Positions 26,846-36,353 of a DNA stretch of 37,197 bases are shown in pieces. Each line of letters starts with the position of its first letter. Position 1 is the stretch's first letter. The stretch is taken from assembly GCA_051652765.1 (NCBI GenBank), contig JBOFUV010000032.1:1-37197 (forward strand). The letters run 5' to 3'. The position numbers and the translations under genes are program-made. The notes beneath the pieces were generated by a model. That model searched no databases and was not told the DNA's origin. It worked only from the letters and a program-made list of their open reading frames with translations. The stretch comes from Microcoleaceae cyanobacterium. Lineage in GTDB: Bacteria; Cyanobacteriota; Cyanobacteriia; Cyanobacteriales; Microcoleaceae.

Positions 26846-27062
26846 GTGACCCATTCCAAACGCCTCTTCTTAACGGAGTGGGTCTGCTGGAAACGTGGGG
26901 TGCACTTTGCCAAGGTCAATCCTCACAAGACAAGCCAAACCTGCCCAAGCCCCCTTGCAACGGTCAACAGAGTATCATGAACTAAAGAACGTAGGGGCAA
27001 TCCAAGCGCGATCCTAGGAAGCTCACGCTGTACCTATGGGGTCAGGGTCAGGAGGATGTCAC
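26846..27062. mobile_element. Probable non-autonomous IS200/IS605-derived remnant
   Basis: Bounded by GTGAC...GTCAC; right part GAAGCTCACGCTGTACC...GGAGGATGTCAC resembles cyanobacterial IS200/IS605 ends; no ORF. Confidence 0.45.
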
Positions 27063-27217
27063 AATCTAGATTCAGTTGCGAGACAGAGAGTTATGTCACA
27101 CTAAAGAAAGAACAGTTCTAGAGCTAGACCTCGCTGAACAGTAATGATTCAGATCTCCATCAGTTCTCTCTTGTATTAGCTGAGAGATTCTGGTCGTTCT
27201 CCACTCAGTTCTATCCT

Positions 27218-28750
27218 ATGCCAGACTCTCCTCTCTCAATTGCTCAGCATTTCCATGAGCGTACCAAGTATGCTCCCGAAACGATCAATGGCAAAGGCCA
27301 AATGATCGATTGGGACAAGCAACCTGTCCCGTTCAAAGAGTACAAGCTTGGTCAGCATTTCGATTTGCAACCCTACCTGCGGGAGATTTCAGACCCTTTG
27401 TCTGATGATCCCAAGGTCAAGGAAGCCCAGCAACTCTCGCATCTTTTGCTGCATAGCTACGGTCTAACAGCTAAACTTCAAACCGCTGAGGGGTTCCACT
27501 ACCTGCGTTCATCTCCTTCTGCTGGAGCCCTATATCCGGCTGAAGTCTACTTGATTTCCCGTGGGACATTATTTCTACCGGCAGGTCTTTACAACTATCA
27601 AGCCCAAACCCATTCTCTGTTGCAATTTTGGCAAGAACAGGTTTGGCCTGAACTGAAATCAGCCTGCTTTTGGCATCCCGTCCTCGAACAAACTCAACTG
27701 ATCATTGTAATCACAGCAGTTTTTCACCGTTCTGCATGGCGATATCAAGATCGAGCCTATCGCCGGATTTTTCTAGATACGGGTCATCTTTTAGGAAACC
27801 TGGAACTAGGTGCAGCAATCAATAATTACCGCCCCCACTTAATTGGTGGGTTTGCAGATGAGCAGGTGAATCAAATGCTCTATCTTGACCCGGCTGCGGA
27901 GGGCGCGATCGCCCTCCTTGCCTTAGCAGACTTATACAATCTTGAGCAAAACTTGCCCCCTTGTCGCACGGCTCTCCCTTCAGGAACACAAACCACTTAC
28001 TCTGACATTCCTGATGGCGAGTTACTAAGTTACTTGCACAAAATGACACAGTTGGATCAAGATACTTCGGGTGAGCAAGGCTGGAAATTACCTGAACAAT
28101 TCATGGCCTTGGAAGACAAGTACAACTTTCCATTTTGTACAAAGGTCTCCACAGTCACCGAATCGATTGATTGGCGCAAGAACTTGGAGGGACTAGATGC
28201 GACGCTGCTCCGTCGTCGTTCAACCCGTGCCTACTCAGGTCAAGACCTGAAATTAGAAGAATTATTAGCACTTTTGGATTTTACTTACCAACCCCATCAC
28301 TATATTCTGCAGGGGCTAGATGGCTCCCCAGATTATTTTGATCTCAGTTTGCTGGAAACGTTTATCGCAGTTTCTGGGGTGGAGGGCTTGGAGGAAGGTT
28401 GTTACTATTACGCCCCTAAAGCTCAGGAACTCCGTCAAATTCGGTTTAAAAATTTTCGGCGGGAATTGCACTATCTTTGCCTAAAACAGGATCTGGGTCG
28501 GGATGCGGCTGCGGTACTCTTTCATACGGCTGATTTAAAGAAGGCTGTAACCCAATATGGCGATCGCGTTTATCGCTATTTGCATCTGGACGCGGGTCAC
28601 CTGGGACAACGGTTAAACTTAGCTGCAACCTATCTCCGTTTGGGCGTGAGTGGCATTGGCGGATTTTTTGACGATCAGGTGAATGAAGTTTTGGGGATTC
28701 CACCTGACGAAGCCGTGATTTATATTACTACTCTGGGTAGACCTCGCTAG
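27218..28750 (+). CDS. SagB/ThcOx-family dehydrogenase (tandem nitroreductase domains)
   Basis: RSSPSAGALYPAEVY, WRYQDRAYR, RRRSTRAY and GIGGFFDD. Confidence 0.9.
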   Translation: MPDSPLSIAQHFHERTKYAPETINGKGQMIDWDKQPVPFKEYKLGQHFDLQPYLREISDPLSDDPKVKEAQQLSHLLLHSYGLTAKLQTAEGFHYLRSSPSAGALYPAEVYLISRGTLFLPAGLYNYQAQTHSLLQFWQEQVWPELKSACFWHPVLEQTQLIIVITAVFHRSAWRYQDRAYRRIFLDTGHLLGNLELGAAINNYRPHLIGGFADEQVNQMLYLDPAAEGAIALLALADLYNLEQNLPPCRTALPSGTQTTYSDIPDGELLSYLHKMTQLDQDTSGEQGWKLPEQFMALEDKYNFPFCTKVSTVTESIDWRKNLEGLDATLLRRRSTRAYSGQDLKLEELLALLDFTYQPHHYILQGLDGSPDYFDLSLLETFIAVSGVEGLEEGCYYYAPKAQELRQIRFKNFRRELHYLCLKQDLGRDAAAVLFHTADLKKAVTQYGDRVYRYLHLDAGHLGQRLNLAATYLRLGVSGIGGFFDDQVNEVLGIPPDEAVIYITTLGRPR

Positions 28751-28784
28751 AGTTGTTGGCCAACTGCTTTCCCTTGGATTAGCA

Positions 28785-29189
28785 CTACACTGCACTAGTC
28801 CTGTCATCCTGGACGGAACATTGTTCACAGACCCCGAAAAATTCTAGGGTATGGTAGTACACCTTGAAGTGATGAGATTCTTGCAGGCTATCTTCCAAAT
28901 GATGAACTGGGCAGTCATCCAGCGGGAAAGATTTTCCACACTCAACACAGGTCAGGTGATGTTCATCTTGTTGTAGGGAACTGTAGACAGATTCCCCAGT
29001 TGATAGAGTTCGCATCTGCACCAGTCCTTCTCGCTTCAGGGCATCTAGGGCACGATAGACTGTTGCAAGCCCCATCCCTTGGTCGCTTTCACGGAGCTTC
29101 AGGTACAGATCTTGAGCTGAAATAAAGCTCTTAAGACTTTTAAGGAGGCTAAGAATTCGATCTTGGTTATGGGTGCGACGAGATTTCAT
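28785..29189 (-). CDS. Fur-family transcriptional regulator (Zur-like)
   Basis: GLATVYRAL helix, HHLTCVECG and FFGVCEQC. Confidence 0.92.
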   Translation of the reverse strand: MKSRRTHNQDRILSLLKSLKSFISAQDLYLKLRESDQGMGLATVYRALDALKREGLVQMRTLSTGESVYSSLQQDEHHLTCVECGKSFPLDDCPVHHLEDSLQESHHFKVYYHTLEFFGVCEQCSVQDDRTSAV

Positions 29190-29496
29190 CGTTCTTAATC
29201 TGAACCAGTTTATCTTTCTCTAGGCTATCTTAAATAACTCTAGCTCTACATTCTAACTAGCTCTACATTTTAAATGAACAGCTTTAAAGGATGTTGTAGC
29301 CAACGCTATTGCCAACGTGACCAACTTGGAAAACTGTGCAATCGTCTCCTATTGTTTTGTTCTTGACTGGAAGAGTTCGAGATTTTAAGACGACTCTTGG
29401 TTTCTCGCACGACTTACCCTATAGTTGTTTTTATATTGCGCTTGCTTTGAGATTGCGCTTGCCTTGAATCGATGTCCATTACCCCAATTGATGACA

Positions 29497-30777
29497 ATGA
29501 CGCTCGAGAGTAACTTAGGTGCTAATCCAGGTCATCGCAGTCTAGAAGCACCAAATCTGTGGCTGGCTGCAGGTTCTGGTACATCTGGAAAGAGTGAAGT
29601 TTTAGTAAACTCCAACAGAGAGAGTAGTGTTATGCCTCACGATGAGTCTTGGACTAGTGAAATTGTCCCAAGCAATGCTGCAAGGATTAAGGTAATTGGT
29701 GTTGGCGGAAGTGGTGGCAACGCGGTCAATCGCATGATTGAGAGTGATGTAACGGGGGTAGAATTCTGGACAGTCAACACCGATGCCCAAGCTTTAACTC
29801 AGTCTAAGGCTCCTAAGCGCTTGCAGATTGGACAGAAGCTTACCCGTGGCCTGGGAGCAGGTGGAAATCCCGCCATTGGTCAGAAGGCTGCCGAGGAGTC
29901 TAGGGAAGAGATTGCCCAGTCTCTTGAAGGAGCTGACCTGGTTTTTATTACGGCTGGATTAGGCGGAGGCACTGGGACAGGAGCGGCCCCAATTGTTGCT
30001 GAAGTTGCGAAGGAGTTGGGGGCTCTGACCATTGGTGTGATGACTCGACCCTTTGTGTTTGAGGGACGACGACGAATTTCTCAAGCCGATGAAGGAATTG
30101 CCGCATTGCAATCCCGCGTCGATACCCTGATTGTAATTCCCAATAACAAGCTGCTGGCTGTGATTACAGAGCAGACTCCGGTTCAGGAGGCATTTCGTTA
30201 TGCGGATGATATTCTCCGTCAGGGAGTGCAGGGGATCTCCGACATTATTACGATTCCAGGTCTAGTGAATGTTGACTTTGCAGATGTCCGAGCTGTGATG
30301 GCAGATGCAGGTTCAGCACTGCTTGGGATTGGGGTTGCGTCAGGTAAGTCCCGCGCGAAAGAAGCTGCTATTGCCGCGATTTCTTCGCCTTTGTTGGAGG
30401 CTTCTGTCCATGGCGCGAGGGGAGTTGTTTTCAATATTACCGGCGGAACCGATCTGACTTTACATGAGGTGAATGCTGCAGCCGAAGCCATTTATGAGGT
30501 TGTTGATCCCAATGCTAATATCATCTTTGGGGCTGTGATAGATGACAGACTCCAGGGAGAAATCAAAATTACAGTCATTGCGACAGGATTTTCCTCAGAG
30601 GAGAAGCAGGCTACCTTGACGGCAAGAGAAACTCAAGCAATGCGTTCTACTATGGCTGCGCCATCTGTCTCTGCAACTCCACAACCCAAACCCATGTCTC
30701 CCCCAACTGACCCAAGCAAAGGGCAGCCCGGTCTTGATATTCCTGACTTTTTACGACGGCGACGGCCCCAGCGATAG
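29497..30777 (+). CDS. ftsZ: Cell division protein FtsZ
   Basis: GGGTGTG, NVDFADV and C-terminal LDIPDFL; start at 29497 (MTLESN) or 29491 rather than the TTG at 29425. Confidence 0.97.
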   Translation: MTLESNLGANPGHRSLEAPNLWLAAGSGTSGKSEVLVNSNRESSVMPHDESWTSEIVPSNAARIKVIGVGGSGGNAVNRMIESDVTGVEFWTVNTDAQALTQSKAPKRLQIGQKLTRGLGAGGNPAIGQKAAEESREEIAQSLEGADLVFITAGLGGGTGTGAAPIVAEVAKELGALTIGVMTRPFVFEGRRRISQADEGIAALQSRVDTLIVIPNNKLLAVITEQTPVQEAFRYADDILRQGVQGISDIITIPGLVNVDFADVRAVMADAGSALLGIGVASGKSRAKEAAIAAISSPLLEASVHGARGVVFNITGGTDLTLHEVNAAAEAIYEVVDPNANIIFGAVIDDRLQGEIKITVIATGFSSEEKQATLTARETQAMRSTMAAPSVSATPQPKPMSPPTDPSKGQPGLDIPDFLRRRRPQR

Positions 30778-30792
30778 AAGTAAAGGTCAAGT

Positions 30793-31665
30793 ATGGCTGA
30801 AAACCCTATAACTGAAGCTCATAGGGCTGAAACTGATAAATCAGTGCCCGTTGCCCTCACGATTGCCGGGTCTGATAGCGGGGGCGGTGCTGGGATTCAG
30901 GCAGACCTCAAAACTTTTGCGTTTCACTGTGTGCATGGGACAAGCGCTCTCACTTGTGTTACAGCTCAAAATACGTTAGGGGTAATGCGAGTAGATGCGC
31001 TCTCCCCGGAGGCCGTTGTGGCCCAGATTAAAGCCGTTGTAGAGGATATTGGAGTTCAGGCTGTTAAAACTGGGATGCTCCTCAATTCTGAAATTATTGA
31101 AGTGGTCACGGCTCAAGTCCAAAGTCTAAATCTCTATCCACTGATCGTTGATCCCGTTATGGTATCCCGAGCTGGTGTTCAACTGATTAATGATGAAGCC
31201 GTAGCAGTGCTCCAGAAATTACTCATGCCTCAAGCAACTCTCGTGACTCCAAATCGTTACGAAGCTCAAATTCTAGCCAAGCAAGAAATTCAGACGCTGG
31301 AGGATATGTACGAGGCCGCAAAAAAGATTCATGACCTAGGCCCTAAAGCGGTCTTGGTCAAAGGAGGAGGAATGGCAGGAACGTTGCGTGGGGTTGATGT
31401 GTGGTTTGATGGGTGTCAGTTGAGAACCTTGAAATTTCAGACAATAGATACCCTTAATACCCATGGCACAGGCTGTACTCTATCTGCGGCAATTACGGCA
31501 AACCTTGCCCTCGGGAAAGATTTGTTGCCTGCCGTAGAAGGGGCTAAAAAATATGTAACCCAAGCCCTTCAATTCTCACTAGAGTTAGGTCAAGGACAAG
31601 GGCCAGTTGGCCACTTCTTTTCTTTAGTTAATTCTCTGACTCAAAACTCTCTGACTCCAAACTAG
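30793..31665 (+). CDS. thiD: Hydroxymethylpyrimidine/phosphomethylpyrimidine kinase
   Basis: TIAGSDSGGGAGIQADLK, DPVMVS, TPNRYEA and HGTGCTLS. Confidence 0.95.
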   Translation: MAENPITEAHRAETDKSVPVALTIAGSDSGGGAGIQADLKTFAFHCVHGTSALTCVTAQNTLGVMRVDALSPEAVVAQIKAVVEDIGVQAVKTGMLLNSEIIEVVTAQVQSLNLYPLIVDPVMVSRAGVQLINDEAVAVLQKLLMPQATLVTPNRYEAQILAKQEIQTLEDMYEAAKKIHDLGPKAVLVKGGGMAGTLRGVDVWFDGCQLRTLKFQTIDTLNTHGTGCTLSAAITANLALGKDLLPAVEGAKKYVTQALQFSLELGQGQGPVGHFFSLVNSLTQNSLTPN

Positions 31666-31715
31666 GTTTGAGTCAGTCTAGGAAACCACTCCATATCTGA
31701 CGATACTTCTAGCAA

Positions 31716-32150
31716 CTAGTAAGCCGTTTGTTTAGACCGAGACATCTGGTTCTGTCGCCAATAGTAAGGATGGTTCGGCATCTGCTTACTGGGAGCAGTC
31801 ATTTCAACCTGTTCCTCAACGACCTTTGCAGCAGGTTGATCCTCTGACTGCTCTTTGACTAAGGGGGTTGAGCTTCTTAAGGGATCTCTCTGAATCGCCA
31901 TGAGAGCTTGACGTACCGCTGTTTTAATTTGTCCATGTAGCTCAAGTCTTGCCCGCTTTTGTTGGTGCAGCCAACCTTCTCTGCTAGAGGCATATAGATT
32001 TGGCAAGCGGTTCAACGCATAAGTCTCAACTTCACTGCGCTTAATATACTGGTTCAACCGAGGAGACAACTGGGCCAACTGGCTACGAACTTCCTCAGCG
32101 ACCAAATCTTCCATAACATTGTGATACCGTCTCCGCTGACTTGCTGACAT
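31716..32150 (-). CDS. ComFB-domain protein
   Basis: NVMEDLV and YALNRLPNLYASS; GGAGG RBS before the ATG at 32150. Confidence 0.85.
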   Translation of the reverse strand: MSASQRRRYHNVMEDLVAEEVRSQLAQLSPRLNQYIKRSEVETYALNRLPNLYASSREGWLHQQKRARLELHGQIKTAVRQALMAIQRDPLRSSTPLVKEQSEDQPAAKVVEEQVEMTAPSKQMPNHPYYWRQNQMSRSKQTAY

Positions 32151-32535
32151 AAAAACCACCTCCGAACCGAACTCTGGTATTCTTTGAGACTAATCTATCA
32201 CTACCCCATCTTCCAGTTATAACCGAAGAACGGCTAATGGCTGCAACAATAGCTGAGAAAGTGTTTAAAGTTCTACGCTTAAATCAGATAAAGGGGCTGA
32301 GCGCGTTCAAAGGGCAGTCAGGAAAAACTAAATCCAATGACGCTAAGGAACCTGCATAGTCCAGCCTTGAAAAGGCACTAAGAACAACCCTGAACTTCGC
32401 AAAGACTTATGCTACAAGGGGAGAAGAGGTACGATCTGTGACACGTATAACCCACAAGAGGCTTTGAGACAACCTCTAGCATTACCTAAATTATACACAA
32501 TATCTCTATAGGTTATCAGAAAGTTTATCAGAACG

Positions 32536-32973
32536 TTAAGGAAGGTATTTTTGCACCACACTCCAGCCTGTTAAAGTGACGAATATGAACCCAAACAGTA
32601 AACTCATGTTTACACCAATATGTAAGGGTCTTGCCCAAGAATTTTTAGGGTTAATTTGAGTGGCACTCCAAGCCGAAATCAGAGTCAGACTGACCACAAT
32701 GAGTCCGGCAGGTAAATGAACTGAATGGCCAAGATTGCCATAGTAACCGAGGGTGCCGACAAGGCCCACGGCTAGTAAAATCACAACTAGGCTGACTAGC
32801 GTACCCCCTGTTGAGTAGTGAGCGACTCGTACCCATTGAGGTCGGGGCTGTTTGGTTGTTCGAGTATAAAACATCCATCCTCCAGTCATTCCTAGGAGTA
32901 GATACGCGCAGAGAGAAAAACCCATTGACCATGCAGCAATTTTCCAGAGCCAAAGGAAGGAGGGGAGGTTCAT
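32536..32973 (-). CDS. Membrane protein, DUF4079-like (four TM segments with His residues)
   Basis: LWLWKIAAWSMG, LGHSVH and RPLH; directly abuts the lysS stop. Confidence 0.75.
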   Translation of the reverse strand: MNLPSFLWLWKIAAWSMGFSLCAYLLLGMTGGWMFYTRTTKQPRPQWVRVAHYSTGGTLVSLVVILLAVGLVGTLGYYGNLGHSVHLPAGLIVVSLTLISAWSATQINPKNSWARPLHIGVNMSLLFGFIFVTLTGWSVVQKYLP

Positions 32974-34536
32974 CTAAGGCTCCTGCATAGAACGCATGGT
33001 TGGGAACATAATCACATCTCGAATGCTTGCAGTATTTGTTAACAACATCACTAACCGATCAATGCCAATCCCCATACCACCGCAATTTGGCATTCCCAAA
33101 GACAAGGCTTGGATGTAATCTTCATCCATGGGATGGGCTTCTTCATCTCCAGCATTTTTCTGGGCCAACTGTTCTTCAAAGCGCTGACGTTGATCCTGGG
33201 GATCATTCAATTCAGAGAAGCCATTCGAATATTCGGTGCCATGAATAAACAACTCAAAGCGTTCGACAAAACCGGGCTTAGAACGGTGGCGCTTTGCTAA
33301 GGGACTGACTTCGACAGGAAATTCAATGATAAAGGTGGGTTCAATCAGGGTTGACTCTACCTTCTGATCAAAGACGGCATACAGTAAATATCCTAAACTT
33401 TGAGTCTCTAATTTAGACAGTTTTAGGTCTAACTTTTCCGCAGCTTGAACGGCTTCATCCAGTGTCAAGCTGTCAAAATCAAGCCCTGTTTGATCCCGAA
33501 CTGCACTCACCATTGTTTTGACTTGCCAATGGTTTCCAGGGAATTCAGGATACTCTTTACTATGGTCATATTTCCGTTTTAAGCTAATATTTTCTCCCTG
33601 GTAGTCTAGTTCGGTTTTGTCTCCTACAACGTCTTCGGCAACCGCACAGATCAAGTCTTCCACCAGAAGAATAATATCAAAATAGTCTGCATAGGCTTGA
33701 TAAACTTCAATGGAAGTAAACTCGGGATTGTGAGTACTATCAATGCCTTCGTTTCTAAAGACTCTCCCAACTTCAAAAACCCGTTCAAACCCACCACAAA
33801 CTGCTCGTTTTAAAAACAGTTCTGTGGCAATTCTTAAATATAAATTAATATCTAATGCGTTGTGATAAGTGATAAACGGACGAGCCGCCGCCCCACCATA
33901 AATAGCCTGGAGAACGGGGGTTTCAATTTCATCAAATCCAGCATTCCAGAGATAGGTGCGAATACGTCTCAGAATCTGGCTGCGGAGCTTAAAGGTCTCC
34001 AGAGATTTTGGGTCGCTGACCAAGCCCAACTCTCGATGACGACGACATAGTTCAGGATCATGAATGCCGTAGTAAGCATCCGGGAAGGGAAGAGTTGCTT
34101 TTGAGAGGAGATATAGGGTGTTGACTTGGACTGAAAGCTCCCCTCGATTGGTGCGACAGGCAATGCCCTCTGCTCCAACAAAATCTCCGGTGTCCAAGAA
34201 TTTTTTGATCTGATTAAACTCTAGTCCGCCGTTCTCCGCCGTGACTAATTTTTTCTCAATTTTGAGCTGAATTGTGCCGGATGCATCGGTTAACCCGATA
34301 AAGCCAATGCTGCCACTGTCTCGCTTGAAGGTAATTCGGCCACAAACCTTGAGGGAGAGTTCTTCCGGATCGGTTTCCCCGTCTCCTAGGGCTTCCCCGA
34401 ACACTGTCTGAATTTGCAACGCCGTGTGCGATCGCCCAAACGACTGGCTTGGATAGGGGTCAATTCCGAGGGCACGCAAATCTTCAACTTTCCGGGAGCG
34501 GACTTCTGCCTCGTTGCGAGTCTCGTTCTGAGCCAT
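32974..34536 (-). CDS. lysS: Lysine--tRNA ligase (class II)
   Basis: GGAAARPFITYHN, YLRIATELFLKR, FRNEGID, HNPEFT, ERFELF and GIGIDRL; start at ATG 34536. Confidence 0.93.
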   Translation of the reverse strand: MAQNETRNEAEVRSRKVEDLRALGIDPYPSQSFGRSHTALQIQTVFGEALGDGETDPEELSLKVCGRITFKRDSGSIGFIGLTDASGTIQLKIEKKLVTAENGGLEFNQIKKFLDTGDFVGAEGIACRTNRGELSVQVNTLYLLSKATLPFPDAYYGIHDPELCRRHRELGLVSDPKSLETFKLRSQILRRIRTYLWNAGFDEIETPVLQAIYGGAAARPFITYHNALDINLYLRIATELFLKRAVCGGFERVFEVGRVFRNEGIDSTHNPEFTSIEVYQAYADYFDIILLVEDLICAVAEDVVGDKTELDYQGENISLKRKYDHSKEYPEFPGNHWQVKTMVSAVRDQTGLDFDSLTLDEAVQAAEKLDLKLSKLETQSLGYLLYAVFDQKVESTLIEPTFIIEFPVEVSPLAKRHRSKPGFVERFELFIHGTEYSNGFSELNDPQDQRQRFEEQLAQKNAGDEEAHPMDEDYIQALSLGMPNCGGMGIGIDRLVMLLTNTASIRDVIMFPTMRSMQEP

Positions 34537-34931
34537 GCTAATTTTGCTACAGTTATTGTGCTGAAAAATAGTTAAATCTAAAGGTCTATGATAACGGTCA
34601 GTTAGACTATTCTGCCGATGAGTTTTGGAATCAGCTTTCTCTAGGTTCAAAACTCGCTATAGTATCGCTATGGCAGTTTTAGTAGGTTGGTCAGGACGTT
34701 TAGTTCAGCATCTTGTGAGTTCCTTTTGCGGGTCACCCATTCCTAACTGAGATGGGATTGTTGTGAACGAATCACTGTGAATGAATGACCTGCTATATCT
34801 TGTTAGTAGAGGACTGTAGCAAGCTGATTTGAAGCATGAACGTGTTGCAGGTATTTTGCCTGTGCGGGCGAACCCTGCAACACAAAATCTCATAAATCAT
34901 TGCGGATTGCCATACATCTGAGTTACTAGAA

Positions 34932-34979
34932 GACAAGTTCTTAACAGACAAGTTCTTAACAGACTAGTTCTTAACAGAC
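34932..34979. repeat. 3 x 15-bp tandem repeat
   Basis: GACAAGTTCTTAACA twice, then GACTAGTTCTTAACA. Confidence 0.8.
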
Positions 34980-35044
34980 TGAACCCGAGAAAAGCTGGCC
35001 ATAGACAACAAACTGATTAAAAACTCGTCAGGTGTGCGAGGAAT

Positions 35045-35722
35045 ATGAGTGTTATGAAAGGAAGAACAGTTCTAGCGACCAGTGTCTTGAGCGGGTTAGT
35101 CTGGGCCGGATCTGCCCTAGCCCAAAGTCCAGAAAAGTGCCCCCAACCCGCCCTAAATGATATTGGGCAGGTCGCCTATGTGGCCCTGCGATATGAAACG
35201 GCTGAAAACGTTGTGATCATCTGTGAAGTCCGAAGCGGTCGTCTCTATCTCCATAGTGCTAAGAGAGAGAGTCACTCTGACCCACACGTCACCTTGCCTG
35301 CGTCTCCGACCCGTCGTAAGTATGAGTACTCGGCTCAAAGTGGAGAGACCCGATATATTGTCAACTCAAACAGCGGCTTTACCAAGATTGAGGATGGCAA
35401 AATTATCATGCGGGAAGGTCTCTACTCCTGGGATATTCAGCCCATGCCCGACTCTTGGCGAGGAGCAAGTGCAAGTTCAGGATCTTTTAAAGGGCGTGAC
35501 TTTGCCCTGGGAACGGCTGCTCAAGTGACTCCGCAACAAGTAAACGTTCGAAGTCGGCCTAATGCCCGTTCTGGCGTTGTTACAAAGCTAAAGCGAGGCA
35601 CAACTGTGGAGGTTACGGATCGAGAAGACAATTCAACCGATGGCTACATCTGGTATAAAATATCTGTCCCTCAAAATGGCAGACAAGGTTGGATTCGAGG
35701 GGATCTTTTACGTCCTTCCTAA
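35045..35722 (+). CDS. Secreted protein with C-terminal bacterial SH3 domain
   Basis: Signal peptide ending ALA; VNVRSRP...WYKI...GWIRGDLL. Confidence 0.85.
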   Translation: MSVMKGRTVLATSVLSGLVWAGSALAQSPEKCPQPALNDIGQVAYVALRYETAENVVIICEVRSGRLYLHSAKRESHSDPHVTLPASPTRRKYEYSAQSGETRYIVNSNSGFTKIEDGKIIMREGLYSWDIQPMPDSWRGASASSGSFKGRDFALGTAAQVTPQQVNVRSRPNARSGVVTKLKRGTTVEVTDREDNSTDGYIWYKISVPQNGRQGWIRGDLLRPS

Positions 35723-35789
35723 GTTTTTATAGCCATTTTTATACCTGTTTTAATATCCACCCACCCGAACTTTATCGCTCATCTTTAGT

Positions 35790-36176
35790 ATGACCCATCA
35801 GATCATTTATACCGATCAAGCCCCAGCTCCAGTTGGCCCTTATAGTCAAGCCATTGTTGCCAACGGTATGGTGTTTGTTGCGGGACAAATTGCCATTGAT
35901 CCTGTCTCAAACCAGGTTGTTCATTTAGAGGATGTGACAAAACAAACCGAACAGGTGATGCAAAATTTGGGCAGAGTGTTAACGGCAGCCGGAGTCACCT
36001 GGCAAGACGTAGTCAAAACGACCATTTTTTTGAAAAATATGAATGATTTCGCTGCAGTTAATATGATTTATGCCCAATACTTTGACTACAAAACAGCTCC
36101 GGCAAGAGCTTGTGTGGAAGTTTCGCGCTTGCCCAAGGATGTCTTAGTCGAAATTGACTGCATTGCAGTTCTCTGA
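35790..36176 (+). CDS. ridA: RidA/YjgF/UK114-family reactive intermediate deaminase
   Basis: APAPVGPYSQA, AGQI, PARACVEVSRLP and VEIDCIA. Confidence 0.9.
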   Translation: MTHQIIYTDQAPAPVGPYSQAIVANGMVFVAGQIAIDPVSNQVVHLEDVTKQTEQVMQNLGRVLTAAGVTWQDVVKTTIFLKNMNDFAAVNMIYAQYFDYKTAPARACVEVSRLPKDVLVEIDCIAVL

Positions 36177-36353
36177 GGTTAAAGGAAAAACACAATCTCC
36201 CACTGAAGACCTAACTGAATATCTGCTCAGAATTCAGGGTGATCGCCCTAGGTGGCTTCCCCCTCGACAACGCAGTTGGTAAACTAGGCTACAAAGGGTT
36301 AGAGATTAATTCCGTCCAATTCAGACCTTTATCCTAACGGAGATAGATTCCCG

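Noticed and set aside
26153..28750. Prophage (holin-family gene) or RiPP cluster (SagB-like gene)
   Set aside because: No other phage genes, and no YcaO cyclodehydratase or precursor peptide nearby; both families occur as stand-alone cyanobacterial genes.
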